64,000 bases of DNA. Origin: an uncultured Ectothiorhodospiraceae bacterium (GTDB taxonomy: Bacteria > Pseudomonadota > Gammaproteobacteria > JAABTG01). This document shows, piece after piece, positions 20,556-29,531 of the stretch. The stretch's first letter is position 1; every line of letters starts with the position of its first letter. Position numbers and translations under genes: made by a program. The DNA is taken from positions 14,403 to 78,402 of the forward strand of contig CALMKJ010000204.1 in the NCBI GenBank assembly GCA_937867305.1. The letters are read 5' to 3'. Below the pieces are notes generated by a model. The model was not told where the DNA came from. It was given only the letters and a program-made list of their open reading frames with translations, and ran no database searches.

Positions 20556-20912
20556 ATGGACATCATCTACATCAGCCAGCTGCGCGTCGAGACGGTCATC
20601 GGTGTCTACGAGTGGGAGCGGCACATCCGCCAGGTGGTCCTGCTCGACCTGGAGATGGCCACCGACGTCGCCCGGGCCGCCGCCACCGACAACATCGCCG
20701 ACGCCCTGAACTACAAGGCGGTCGCGAAGCGGGTGGCCGCGTTCGTGGAGGGGACCCGGTTCCAGCTGGTGGAGACGCTCGCGGAGCGCGTGGCGGAGCG
20801 GGTCCTCGACGAGTTCGGGGTCCCGTGGGTGCGGCTGCGCGTCTGCAAGGAGGGCGCCCTGCGGGGCGTGAAGGAAGTCGGCGTCCTCATCGAGCGGGGG
20901 CGGCGGGACTGA
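20556..20912 (+). CDS. folB: dihydroneopterin aldolase
   Basis: MDIIYISQLRVETVIGVYEWERHIRQVVLLDLEMATD...NYKAVAKRV matches FolB, divergent from plsY as in E. coli. The start is the internal ATG. Confidence 0.88.
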   Translation: MDIIYISQLRVETVIGVYEWERHIRQVVLLDLEMATDVARAAATDNIADALNYKAVAKRVAAFVEGTRFQLVETLAERVAERVLDEFGVPWVRLRVCKEGALRGVKEVGVLIERGRRD

Positions 20913-20913
20913 G

Positions 20914-21414
20914 ATGCCGAGGGTCTACGTCGCCATCGGCAGCAACCTCGAGCCGGAACGACACGTACGCGCCGCCGTGCAGGCCCTGCGGGCGCGCTTC
21001 GGGCACCTGGCCGCGTCGCCGGTCTACGCCTGCCCCCCGGTGGGGTTCGAGGGCCCGGAATTCCTGAACCTCGTGGTGGCCTTCGACACGGATGAGCCAC
21101 CCCGATCGCTGGTCCGGGCGCTCAAGGCGATCGAGGAGACGCAGGGCCGCCGGCGCGACGCGCCACGCTTCGCCGACCGGACCCTCGACCTGGACCTGCT
21201 GATGTACGGCGACGAGGTCCTCGAGGAAGAAGGGCTGCGGGTGCCGCGCCCCGAGATCCTGGAGCACGCCCACGTCCTCGGTCCCCTCTGCGACCTCGCG
21301 GGGGACCGGGTACACCCCTGTCTCGGGCGGACCTTCCGCGCGGTCTGGGCCGAGCTCGACCAGACCCAGCGGGGCCTGCGGCGGGCAGTCCTCGAAATCG
21401 ACACCCAGGATTAG
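20914..21414 (+). CDS. folK: 2-amino-4-hydroxy-6-hydroxymethyldihydropteridine pyrophosphokinase
   Basis: MPRVYVAIGSNLEPERHVRAAVQALRARFG...RTLDLDLLMYGDEV...RPEILEHAHVLGPLCDLAG matches HPPK. Confidence 0.9.
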   Translation: MPRVYVAIGSNLEPERHVRAAVQALRARFGHLAASPVYACPPVGFEGPEFLNLVVAFDTDEPPRSLVRALKAIEETQGRRRDAPRFADRTLDLDLLMYGDEVLEEEGLRVPRPEILEHAHVLGPLCDLAGDRVHPCLGRTFRAVWAELDQTQRGLRRAVLEIDTQD

Positions 21415-21422
21415 GAGCCGGA

Positions 21423-21977
21423 ATGGCAGAGCCTCTCCACTTCTGTACCCGCTGCGGGGCACCGGTCACCGTTCGGGTGCCGGCGGGCGACGACCGGCCA
21501 CGGCACGTGTGCGAGGCCTGCGGGACGATCCACTACCAGAATCCGAGGGTGGTGGCCGGCTGCGTGATCGAGTGGGGCGACCAGGTGCTGCTCTGCCGCA
21601 GGGCCATCGAGCCCCGCAGGGGGTTCTGGGTGTTTCCCGCGGGATTTATGGAAAACGGCGAGACCATCGAGGAGGCCGCGGAGCGCGAGGCGCGCGAGGA
21701 GGCGAACGCACGGGTCGAGATCCTCGAGCTCTACACCCTGTTCGACATCCCGCACCTGGAGCAGGTCCACTGCATGTTCCGCAGCCGGCTGCTCGACACG
21801 GGCTTCTCGCCGGGGACGGAGAGCCTGGAGGTCCGGCTCTTCCGCGAGGAGGAGATCCCCTGGCGCTCGCTGGGGTTCGCCTCGGTCTCGTTCGCCCTCC
21901 AGCACTACTTCGAAGACCGGCGCTCCGGACAGTTCCGGATGCACCGGGGCACCGTCCACCCCGCCTGTCCGGTCTGA
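21423..21977 (+). CDS. Nudix hydrolase with N-terminal C4 zinc ribbon
   Basis: CTRCGAPV...CEACG zinc ribbon, then the Nudix box GFWVFPAGFMENGETIEEAAEREAREEANARV. Confidence 0.8.
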   Translation: MAEPLHFCTRCGAPVTVRVPAGDDRPRHVCEACGTIHYQNPRVVAGCVIEWGDQVLLCRRAIEPRRGFWVFPAGFMENGETIEEAAEREAREEANARVEILELYTLFDIPHLEQVHCMFRSRLLDTGFSPGTESLEVRLFREEEIPWRSLGFASVSFALQHYFEDRRSGQFRMHRGTVHPACPV

Positions 21978-22031
21978 CGGCGGTTGGCGACCCCGCCGGT
22001 CCGGGCTGACGGCGGCTGGAAACACTGCCCG

Positions 22032-22781
22032 TCAGGCCTGGCGGCCCCCGTCGACCCGGATCACCTGTCCCGTGATGTAGTCCGCGTCCCGCACCAGGAA
22101 GAGCACGGTGCGGGCCACGTCCTCCGGGCTCCCCTGCCGCTTGAGGCTGGTGCGCGAGATGATCCGGCGCTGGGTGACCTCGTCGAGCCCCTGCTCCGGC
22201 CAGAGGATCGCCCCGGGCGCCACGGCGTTCACCCGCACGTCGGGCCCGAGGTCCCGGGCCAGGGCCCGCGTCAGCATCACGACCCCCGCCTTGGTGATCG
22301 AGTACACCGCGTGCTCGCGCAGGGGGGAGAGTCCGTGAACGTCGGCCAGGTTGACGACGCAGCCATGCCCCAGGCGCAGGTACGGGGCAGCCGCCTGGGC
22401 CAGAAAGAACGGAACCTTCAGGTTGGCGCCGAGGAGGTCGTCCCAGACCTCGTCGGTCACGCAGCCGACCGGCGTCGCGTAGAAGTTCGACGCGTTGTTC
22501 ACCAGCACGTCCAGGCGGCCGGCCCCGTCCACGACCTCCTCGATCAGGCGGTCCACGGCGCCGGGGGCGAGCAGGTCGCCGCGATGGAGCGCAACCGAGC
22601 CCTGGCGCACGGCGTTCAGCTCGGCCGCGAGCGCCTCGGCCGCGCCCCGCGAGCGCCGGTAGTGCAGCGCCACGTGCATCCCGGCCCCATGCAGGACGCG
22701 CACGATGGCGGCCCCGATGCGCCGGGACCCTCCCGTGACCAGCGCGACGCGGCCCTCCAGCCCCTGCGTATAATCACTCAT
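22032..22781 (-). CDS. folM: short-chain dehydrogenase/reductase, pteridine reductase-like (FolM/PTR1 type)
   Basis: MSDYTQGLEGRVALVTGGSRRIGAAIVRVLHGAGMHVALHYRRSRG...LVNNASNFY...YSITKAGVVMLTRALARDLGPDVRVNAVAPG shows a Rossmann fold and a YxxxK catalytic motif. The start is the internal ATG at about 22781; the ORF-track GTG at 22946 gives a spurious extension. Confidence 0.7.
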   Translation of the reverse strand: MSDYTQGLEGRVALVTGGSRRIGAAIVRVLHGAGMHVALHYRRSRGAAEALAAELNAVRQGSVALHRGDLLAPGAVDRLIEEVVDGAGRLDVLVNNASNFYATPVGCVTDEVWDDLLGANLKVPFFLAQAAAPYLRLGHGCVVNLADVHGLSPLREHAVYSITKAGVVMLTRALARDLGPDVRVNAVAPGAILWPEQGLDEVTQRRIISRTSLKRQGSPEDVARTVLFLVRDADYITGQVIRVDGGRQA

Positions 22782-22841
22782 CTCCAGACCCGTTCCCCCG
22801 TCCCCTCCCGTGACCGCCGTCACTCTACACCGGGCGCAACC

Positions 22842-24074
22842 GTGACGCTCAGGCGACATCCGGACGCCGCGGCGAGGCCCGGGCCACCCCTCCCCCTGCG
22901 GCTCCCCGAGGGACTGCCCGACCCGGGGCCGGAGGCGAGGGCCCACGCCGAGCGGCTGCTCGCGCTCATCGGCGAGGAGATCGAGCGCCGCGGGGGGGCC
23001 ATCCCCTTCTCCCGCTACCTGGAGCTGGCCCTCTACACGCCCGGGCTCGGTTACTACGGCGGCCCGCTCCCCAAGCTCGGAGGGCCGGGTGATTTCGTCA
23101 CCGCCCCCGAGGTCTCCCCCCTCTTCGGCCGCTGCCTCGCACGTCAGGCCGCCGAGGTGATGGCGGCGCAGCCGGACGCCACGGTGCTCGAGCTCGGCGC
23201 CGGCTCCGGGGCCCTCGCCGCGGAGGTCCTCACCACCCTGGCCGACCTCGGCCGGCTACCCGGCCGCTACCTCATCCTCGAGGTCTCGGGCGAGCTCGCC
23301 CGACGCCAGGCAGAGACCCTCGCACGCCGCGCGCCGGCCCTCTCCGGGCTCGTGAGTTGGCTGGAGCGCTGGCCCGAGGCGCCCATCACCGGCGTCATCC
23401 TGGCGAACGAGGTCCTGGACGCGGTGCCGTTCCATCGCGTCCGGAGGGAGCCATCGGGCCCCGGCGAGCTCTACGTCACGGCGCGGGGGGGACGGCTGGC
23501 AGGCCTCTGGGGTCCCCCGTCCTCGGAGGCGGTCGACCGGGCCATCACCGAGGTCGAGGCGGACCTCGGTACGGCGCTCCCGCCGGGCTACGTGACCGAG
23601 GTCTCCCCCGAGCGGGACGCGTGGGTGAGCTCGGTCGCGGACGCCCTCGGGGCGGGGCTGGCGTTGTTGATCGACTACGGCTACCCGCGCCGGGAGTACT
23701 ACCACCCGCAACGCGCGGACGGTACGCTGATGTGCCACTATCGCCACCGCGCCCACGGCGACCCACTGGCGCTCACCGGCCTGCAGGACGTCACCGCCCA
23801 CGTGGACTTCACCGCGGCGGCGCGCGCGGCGGAACGGGCGGGCGCGAGGACGGCCGGTTTCGTCAGCCAGGCCGACTTCCTGCTCGCCACGGGGATCCTG
23901 GACGAGGTGGCGGCGGCCGGGGACGAGGGGGAGCGCACGGCGCGAGCAAGCGAGGTCCGGCGGCTCACGTTCCCCGGTCAGATGGGGGAGGCGTTCAAGG
24001 TCCTGGGCCTGAGCCGCGGGCTGGACCTGGACCCCGTCGGTTTCGCGCTGCGCGACCGGCGGGGGCGCCTGTGA
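22842..24074 (+). CDS. class I SAM-dependent methyltransferase, MidA/NDUFAF7-like (DUF185)
   Basis: VTLRRHPDAAA...IPFSRYLELALYTPGLGYYG...GDFVTAPEVSPLFGRCLA...VLELGAGSGALAAEVL...ILANEVLDAVPFHRV matches DUF185/MidA. GTG start at about 22842, divergent from folM. Confidence 0.65.
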   Translation: MTLRRHPDAAARPGPPLPLRLPEGLPDPGPEARAHAERLLALIGEEIERRGGAIPFSRYLELALYTPGLGYYGGPLPKLGGPGDFVTAPEVSPLFGRCLARQAAEVMAAQPDATVLELGAGSGALAAEVLTTLADLGRLPGRYLILEVSGELARRQAETLARRAPALSGLVSWLERWPEAPITGVILANEVLDAVPFHRVRREPSGPGELYVTARGGRLAGLWGPPSSEAVDRAITEVEADLGTALPPGYVTEVSPERDAWVSSVADALGAGLALLIDYGYPRREYYHPQRADGTLMCHYRHRAHGDPLALTGLQDVTAHVDFTAAARAAERAGARTAGFVSQADFLLATGILDEVAAAGDEGERTARASEVRRLTFPGQMGEAFKVLGLSRGLDLDPVGFALRDRRGRL

Positions 24075-24180
24075 GCCTGCGCGGCCCCGGCCGCGGCGGA
24101 GTGCCGTGGATCCGGGTGAGGGGCGAGCCCCGCACCCGAACAACCTGTCAACCGAGCCTTTTCGAGAGGAGTCAACCCGT

Positions 24181-24591
24181 ATGGCCGTCCTGCGCTCCAT
24201 CCCACTGCTTGCACTGATCTGGATCCTCTACAACGTCGTGGCCTTCTTCGGGGTCGCCACGATGGGCCACCAGGTCTTCAGCTTTTCCCTCACCTCCGGG
24301 GCCGTCTGGACCATCAACGTGGGCGAGCTGCTGATCATCGTCGGCCTGCTGGCCCTCTTCGTCGAGGTCTTCCGGTCGACGCGTACCTCCACCGCCTCGG
24401 TCCTGAACCACATCCTCTCGACGCTGGTGTTCGTGGCCTTCCTGGTGGAGTTCATCACCGTCGAGCGCGCCGGGAACTCCGTGTTCTTCATCCTGATGGT
24501 GATGGCGCTGCTGGACGTGATCGCGGGCTTCTCGGTGACCATCTTCACCGCGCGCCGCGACCTCACCGTCGGCGAGAACGTCGAGCTGTAG
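24181..24591 (+). CDS. small hypothetical inner-membrane protein (4 predicted TM helices)
   Basis: MAVLRSIPLLALIWILYNVVAFFGVATMGHQVFSF...; start chosen at the internal ATG. No family recognised. Confidence 0.45.
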   Translation: MAVLRSIPLLALIWILYNVVAFFGVATMGHQVFSFSLTSGAVWTINVGELLIIVGLLALFVEVFRSTRTSTASVLNHILSTLVFVAFLVEFITVERAGNSVFFILMVMALLDVIAGFSVTIFTARRDLTVGENVEL

Positions 24592-24600
24592 CAGGACAGA

Positions 24601-24624
24601 GGGTGGGGGCGCCCGCCCCCACCC
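24601..24624. terminator. bidirectional terminator palindrome between the convergent small membrane gene and cca
   Basis: GGGTGGGGGCG-cc-CGCCCCCACCC is a perfect 11-bp inverted repeat in the 72-bp convergent gap. Confidence 0.55.
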
Positions 24625-24663
24625 GAGGCAGCCGACCCGCGCGGGAGGCTCCCCCGGCCCTCC

Positions 24664-25875
24664 CTAAGCGGGTCTTGCGTCCCGGATCGCGGCGACCCGC
24701 AGCCCCCGCAGGGCGTTCGCGAGGTCGAGGCCGGAGAGGCCCTGGTCGAGGAGCGGCCGCACCTGCACCGCGGCTGCCGCCGAGCGCGCCGAGCGCAGCG
24801 CGTCGCCCTGGGGGTAGGACCGGTCCGCCCACCCCGCCCGGCCGCGGAAATCCGCCTCGCACGCGAGCAGCATCCGCTCGAAGCGCTCGGGCCGCCGGAA
24901 CGCGTCGGCCGACTCCAGTAGGCGCAGGACGGTCCCGGGGCGCAGATCCAGCGCCCGATGGCAGAGCCCGTGCAGGCGCGCCGACAACACCCCCAGCTCC
25001 CGATACTCCACCGGCGCGCGGTAGCGCCCGCAGAGGGCCTCCACGAGCGCCGCGCCCCGGTCCTCGTGGCCCACGTGGCGCGGCCACTCCCCGCTCGGCG
25101 TCGTTCCCTTCCCGAGGTCGTGCACCAGCGCGGCAAAGCGCACGAGCGGGTCGGGCGAGAGCCGGGCCGCCTGGGCGAGCACCAGGAGGACGTGCGCCCC
25201 CGTGTCCACCTCCGGGTGGTACTCCGCCCGCTGGGGCACGCCGAAGAGCGCGTCCAGCTCGGGAAAGAGGCGTGCGAGGGCGCCACACTCGCGCAGCACC
25301 TCGACGAAGCGCCCGGGATCGGCCTCACCGAGCGCCCGCTCGAGCTCGGTCCAGACCCGCTCGGGGGTGAGGGCGTCCACCTCCCCTGCCTCGACCATGG
25401 CACGCATCAGCGCGAGCGTCTCGGCCGCGACCGAAAAGCCCAGGCGCGCGGCGAACCGGGCCACGCGCAGGATGCGCACGGGGTCCTCGACGAACGCGGG
25501 CGAGACGTGGCGCAGCCGGCGCAGCCGCAGGTCCTCGCGGCCGCCAAAGGGGTCGATCAGCTCGCCCCCCTCGTCGAGGGCCATCGCATTGATGGTCACG
25601 TCCCGGCGCCGGAGGTCCTCCTCGAGGGTGACACCGGGGTCAGCGTGGACGGCGAAGCCGCGGTAGCCAGGGGCGGTCTTGCGCTCGGTGCGCGCGAGCG
25701 CGTACTCCTCGCCCGTCTCGGGGTGCAGGAACACGGGGAAATCCCGGCCCACCTGCCGGTATCCGAGGGCGCGCAGGGCCTCGGGGGTGGAGCCGACCAC
25801 CACCCAGTCCCGGTCCTGGACCGGCAGCCCGAGCAACCGGTCCCGCACCGAGCCGCCGACCTGGTAGACCCTCAT
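24664..25875 (-). CDS. cca: multifunctional CCA-adding tRNA nucleotidyltransferase (with HD domain)
   Basis: [28 protein letters not shown]...[26 protein letters not shown]... (pol-beta nucleotidyltransferase head) plus a C-terminal HD domain ([11 protein letters not shown]). The start is the internal ATG at 25875, and the 5' ORF extension is spurious. Confidence 0.9.
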   Translation of the reverse strand: MRVYQVGGSVRDRLLGLPVQDRDWVVVGSTPEALRALGYRQVGRDFPVFLHPETGEEYALARTERKTAPGYRGFAVHADPGVTLEEDLRRRDVTINAMALDEGGELIDPFGGREDLRLRRLRHVSPAFVEDPVRILRVARFAARLGFSVAAETLALMRAMVEAGEVDALTPERVWTELERALGEADPGRFVEVLRECGALARLFPELDALFGVPQRAEYHPEVDTGAHVLLVLAQAARLSPDPLVRFAALVHDLGKGTTPSGEWPRHVGHEDRGAALVEALCGRYRAPVEYRELGVLSARLHGLCHRALDLRPGTVLRLLESADAFRRPERFERMLLACEADFRGRAGWADRSYPQGDALRSARSAAAAVQVRPLLDQGLSGLDLANALRGLRVAAIRDARPA

Positions 25876-26073
25876 CCCCTGCCGCGTCATGCCCACCCCG
25901 ACCGAATGGCTGGAGGGCCCGGATTCTCCCGACCGGTGCCGCCGGGGGTCAAGGCCGCGCGCCGGCCCCGCCCTGGCCCTCCTTCCGGCTCGTGTGCCGT
26001 GGAAAGAGGCCCCCCTTCCCCCGGACCGTTTGCGGTATGATGATTCGCTAATACTGCACCGGGCATCGAGGCC

Positions 26074-26478
26074 GTGAACGAAGACTGGATGGATCAGGTC
26101 CGCTGGAGCGCGGACGGACTGGTGCCTGCCATCGCCCAGGACGCCGAGAGCGGGCGGGTGCTGATGATGGCCTGGATGAGCCGGGAATCGCTGGCCCTCA
26201 CGGCCCGCGAGGGCCGGGCCGTATACTGGTCGCGCTCGCGCCGCGCGCTCTGGCGCAAGGGCGAGGAGTCCGGTCACGTGCAGCGGGTTCGGGACATCCG
26301 GCTCGACTGCGACGGGGACACGGTCCTGCTGGCGGTGGAACAGGTGGGCGGGATTGCCTGCCACACCGGTCGCGAGAGCTGCTTCTACCGGCAGCTCCAA
26401 GGGGACGCGTGGGTTGCGGTGGACCCGGTGCGGAAGGCGCCGGACGCGATCTACGGCAAGGGGCAGGGACCGTCTTGA
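26074..26478 (+). CDS. hisI: phosphoribosyl-AMP cyclohydrolase
   Basis: [105 protein letters not shown] matches HisI. Confidence 0.9.
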   Translation: MNEDWMDQVRWSADGLVPAIAQDAESGRVLMMAWMSRESLALTAREGRAVYWSRSRRALWRKGEESGHVQRVRDIRLDCDGDTVLLAVEQVGGIACHTGRESCFYRQLQGDAWVAVDPVRKAPDAIYGKGQGPS

Positions 26479-26843
26479 GCGAGGTGCTCGAGCGCCTGGC
26501 CCGGACGCTGGAGGCCCGCAAGGGCGCGGACCCGTCGGCGTCCTACGTGGCCGGCCTGTACGCGCGGGGGCTCGACGCGATCCTGAAGAAGGTCGGCGAA
26601 GAGGCCACCGAGACGGTGATTGCCGCCAAGGGAGGCGAGCGCGAGGCGGTCGTGCGCGAGACGGCCGACCTCTGGTTTCACACCCTGGTGATGCTCGCTC
26701 ACCTCGGCCTCGGACCGGAGGCGGTCCTCTCCGAGCTCGAGCGGCGATTCGGGTTGTCCGGGCTGGCGGAGAAGGCCGCCCGGTCACAGGGGCCGGCACC
26801 CGCCCACGCGCGGGCGGCCGGGCTCGATTCAGTGCGAGGATAG
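26475..26843 (+). CDS. hisE: phosphoribosyl-ATP pyrophosphatase
   Basis: (M)[53 protein letters not shown]...[18 protein letters not shown] matches HisE. The TTG start overlaps the hisI stop. Confidence 0.85.
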   Translation: MSEVLERLARTLEARKGADPSASYVAGLYARGLDAILKKVGEEATETVIAAKGGEREAVVRETADLWFHTLVMLAHLGLGPEAVLSELERRFGLSGLAEKAARSQGPAPAHARAAGLDSVRG

Positions 26844-26849
26844 AGACAC

Positions 26850-27101
26850 ATGGGACTCGGCGGAATCAGTATCTGGCAGCTCCTGATCGTGCTGGTGATC
26901 ATCGTGCTGCTGTTCGGCACCAGCAAGCTGCGCAACCTCGGCGGTGACGTGGGCGCGGCGCTGAAGAACTTCCGCGAATCGATGCGCAGCGGAGAGGAAG
27001 AGGAAGCGAAGCCTGCCGAGCCGGCCGAGCCCGGACGGCTGCCCCCCAACGAGGCGCAGAAGTCGGCCTCCGCGGAAACCCGGGCCAAGGAGCGGGTCTG
27101 A
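26850..27101 (+). CDS. tatA: twin-arginine translocase subunit TatA
   Basis: [45 protein letters not shown] matches TatA. Confidence 0.93.
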   Translation: MGLGGISIWQLLIVLVIIVLLFGTSKLRNLGGDVGAALKNFRESMRSGEEEEAKPAEPAEPGRLPPNEAQKSASAETRAKERV

Positions 27102-27147
27102 CGGGAGGCCCCTGGGGCCACCCCTCCGGCTCGTCGGGTAACGCATC

Positions 27148-27603
27148 GTGTTCGAGGTCGGCTTCTGGGAGCTCGTCCTGGTGGGGGTCGTGGCCCTGGT
27201 CGTCGTGGGGCCGGAACGGCTCCCCGAGCTCGCCCGCAGCGCGGGGCGCTGGCTCGGCGCCGCGCGGCGCATGGCTAGCACCTTCAAGTCCGACCTCGAG
27301 CGGGAGATGCGGGCCGGCGAGCTGAAGAAGATGCTGGAGAAACAGGGCGAGTTTCGCGGGGCCTACGACGTCCTGGAGCAGACGAAAAAGCAGCTCCAGG
27401 AGGAATTCCAGGGGACCGTGGACAAGCTGAACGCCCCGGTCGATATCCCCACCATCTCCCTGGAGGGGACGGACACGGCGGCAGCGGCGCCGGCAGCCCC
27501 TGCGACCCCCGTCCCTGCGACCCCCGCCCCGGCGCCCAGCGGCACCGGGGAGACCCCACCCGACTCCGCCGCCCATGGCCCCGACGGACCAGCCCGGGCC
27601 TGA
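27148..27603 (+). CDS. tatB: twin-arginine translocase subunit TatB
   Basis: MFEVGFWELVLVGVVALVVVGPERLPELARSAGRWLG... matches TatB, with a Pro/Ala-rich C-terminus. Confidence 0.9.
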   Translation: MFEVGFWELVLVGVVALVVVGPERLPELARSAGRWLGAARRMASTFKSDLEREMRAGELKKMLEKQGEFRGAYDVLEQTKKQLQEEFQGTVDKLNAPVDIPTISLEGTDTAAAAPAAPATPVPATPAPAPSGTGETPPDSAAHGPDGPARA

Positions 27604-28585
27604 CCAGACCGTCGGCGAGATGCCGTTCCTGGAGCACCTGCTGGAGCTCCGGGACCGGCTGCTGCGGATGGTCCTCGCCGTGCTCGGGGGCGTGATCGTC
27701 CTGCTGCCCTTCGCGAACAGCCTCTATTCGTATCTCGCCGAGCCGCTGCTCCGGCACATGCCGGCCGGCGCCACCATGATCGCGACCGAAGTCGCCTCGC
27801 CGTTCCTGGCCCCCTTCAAGCTCGCCCTCGTCGCTGCCGTGTTCCTGGCGATGCCGGTCATCCTCTACCAGGCCTGGGCCTTCATCGCGCCGGGCCTCTA
27901 CCAGAAGGAGCGCCGCTTCGCCCTGCCCCTGCTGGTCAGCAGCATCCTGCTCTTCTACCTGGGGATGGCCTTCGCCTACTACGTGGTCTTCCCGATCATC
28001 TTCGGCTTCTTCACCGCGACCGCCCCCGAGGGGGTCACGGTGATGACCGACATCAGCAAATACCTGGACTTCGTCCTGACCCTCTTCTTCGCGTTCGGTG
28101 TCGCGTTCGAGGTCCCCATCGCGGTGCTCCTGCTCATCTGGACCGGGTTCACCAGCGTGGAGACCCTGACCCGGATCCGCCCCTACTTCATCGTCGGGGC
28201 CTTCGTCGTCGGCATGGTCATCACGCCACCGGACGTGTTCTCCCAGACCTTCGTGGCCCTGCCCATGGTGGTGCTGTTCGAGGCGGGGATCTTCCTCGCG
28301 CGCATCACCGCCCGGGCGCAGGCGAAGCGAGAAGCGGAAGCCGAAGCCGAGGCGAAGGCCGCACATCCTGTCTCCCGCGTCCCGGCGATCACCGGGCCGG
28401 CGGCCGGCAGCGTGGGCACAGCCACGGGCGAGAACACGGGCGCAGGCGCGAGCGCGAGCGGAGGCACCGGGGCGGGCAGCGAGCCGCCGGTCGTCGAGGA
28501 CGACATCGAGTCCGAGCTCGACCAGGCCATCGCCGAAGAGGCCCAGCTCAACCAGCAGTCCCCGAGGCCTGCCGACCCCGCGTGA
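27575..28585 (+). CDS. tatC: twin-arginine translocase subunit TatC, with an about 90-aa low-complexity C-terminal extension
   Basis: FLEHLLELRDRLLRMVLAVLGG...PFKLALVAAVFLAMPVILYQAWAFIAPGLYQKERR... is a 6-TM TatC core. It is followed by REAEAEAEAKAAHPV...GAGASASGGTGAG...DDIESELDQAIAEEAQL. The start is ambiguous (27575 or the internal M at about 27620). Confidence 0.85.
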   Translation: MAPTDQPGPDQTVGEMPFLEHLLELRDRLLRMVLAVLGGVIVLLPFANSLYSYLAEPLLRHMPAGATMIATEVASPFLAPFKLALVAAVFLAMPVILYQAWAFIAPGLYQKERRFALPLLVSSILLFYLGMAFAYYVVFPIIFGFFTATAPEGVTVMTDISKYLDFVLTLFFAFGVAFEVPIAVLLLIWTGFTSVETLTRIRPYFIVGAFVVGMVITPPDVFSQTFVALPMVVLFEAGIFLARITARAQAKREAEAEAEAKAAHPVSRVPAITGPAAGSVGTATGENTGAGASASGGTGAGSEPPVVEDDIESELDQAIAEEAQLNQQSPRPADPA

Positions 28586-28599
28586 AGCGGGCCCCCGTT

Positions 28600-29529
28600 T
28601 CAGCGGGGCCCTGCGCCCTCTTCCTCTCTCTCCTCCAGTGCCTCGGGCCCCTCGGCACCGTCGGTCACGGCGCCATCCCCCGGCGGCGCCGGCACCCGCA
28701 GGCGCAGCAGGCGGTCCGCCGACTCCACGGGGAGGTGGTACTGGACCCCGGCATCGGGGCGCGCCAGCACCAGGGCGTGGGGGGTCTCGCTCACCAGGAA
28801 GTGCAGCGGCTCTCCCTGTCCCGTCAGGGTGACGGTGACGGGGCGTCCGGCTCCCGGGGGCTCGAGGGCACGCACGGTGATGGCCTGGGCGGTGCGCCAG
28901 GCGTCCACCAGCCCCTGGACCGCGTCGGCCCCGGCCTCGGGACGCTCCGGCTCCGCCACCCAGCGCCCCCCCTGAAGGCGCAGCCTCAGCTCCGGAAGCT
29001 CGATGGCGACGGGCTGGGGCTCGGGGCCGAGGGGTCCCAGATGGACGAAGCCCGGGGCACCGGACACGGTCAGGTGGTAGAACCGGTCGGTGACGAGGTG
29101 CACCCGGTCCCCGACCCGCAGGTACCGCCGGCCGCTCAGCGACTCGGTGTCCCCGAAGTCCAGGCGCAGGTCGTCGAGGACGAGCGAGGCCTGCGGCGGC
29201 TCGAGGCCGAAGCGGGCGAGCTCCAGGTCCTGCACCCTGTAACTGCGCTCCGTCGCAGCCCCCAGCACCTCGAGCAGGGTCTGGATACGGAAGCCGTTGG
29301 CCGGCAGGGACAGGGGCTCGACCATGAGCCAGCGGCCCTCGCGCTTCTCCAGGAGGACAGCCGTCTGCCCCGACCGCTCGATGCGCAACCGGGCGACCGA
29401 ATCCGGGGCCCGGTCGGTCAACGTCGGCACCGGGGGCGGTGTCTCGATGCCGGGCTGCAGGAACACGAGCGCGGCCAGCACGGCCACGGCGCCCAGCAGC
29501 AGGAGGTTCAGGGCCGCCCGGCGCGACAC
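28600..29529 (-). CDS. DUF4340-like protein (GldG-associated ABC transporter accessory component)
   Basis: N-terminal TM anchor MSRRAALNLLLLGAVAVLAALVFL. It is the last gene of an ABC-2/GldG operon, which is the usual position of DUF4340 proteins. Assigned by context and composition. Confidence 0.5.
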   Translation of the reverse strand: MSRRAALNLLLLGAVAVLAALVFLQPGIETPPPVPTLTDRAPDSVARLRIERSGQTAVLLEKREGRWLMVEPLSLPANGFRIQTLLEVLGAATERSYRVQDLELARFGLEPPQASLVLDDLRLDFGDTESLSGRRYLRVGDRVHLVTDRFYHLTVSGAPGFVHLGPLGPEPQPVAIELPELRLRLQGGRWVAEPERPEAGADAVQGLVDAWRTAQAITVRALEPPGAGRPVTVTLTGQGEPLHFLVSETPHALVLARPDAGVQYHLPVESADRLLRLRVPAPPGDGAVTDGAEGPEALEEREEEGAGPR

Positions 29530-29531
29530 GG

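Noticed and set aside
21978-22031. Direct repeat TGACGGCGG x2 in the gap between the Nudix gene and folM
   Set aside because: It is short (9 bp) in a GC-rich context and plausibly coincidental. The first copy contains the Nudix stop codon.
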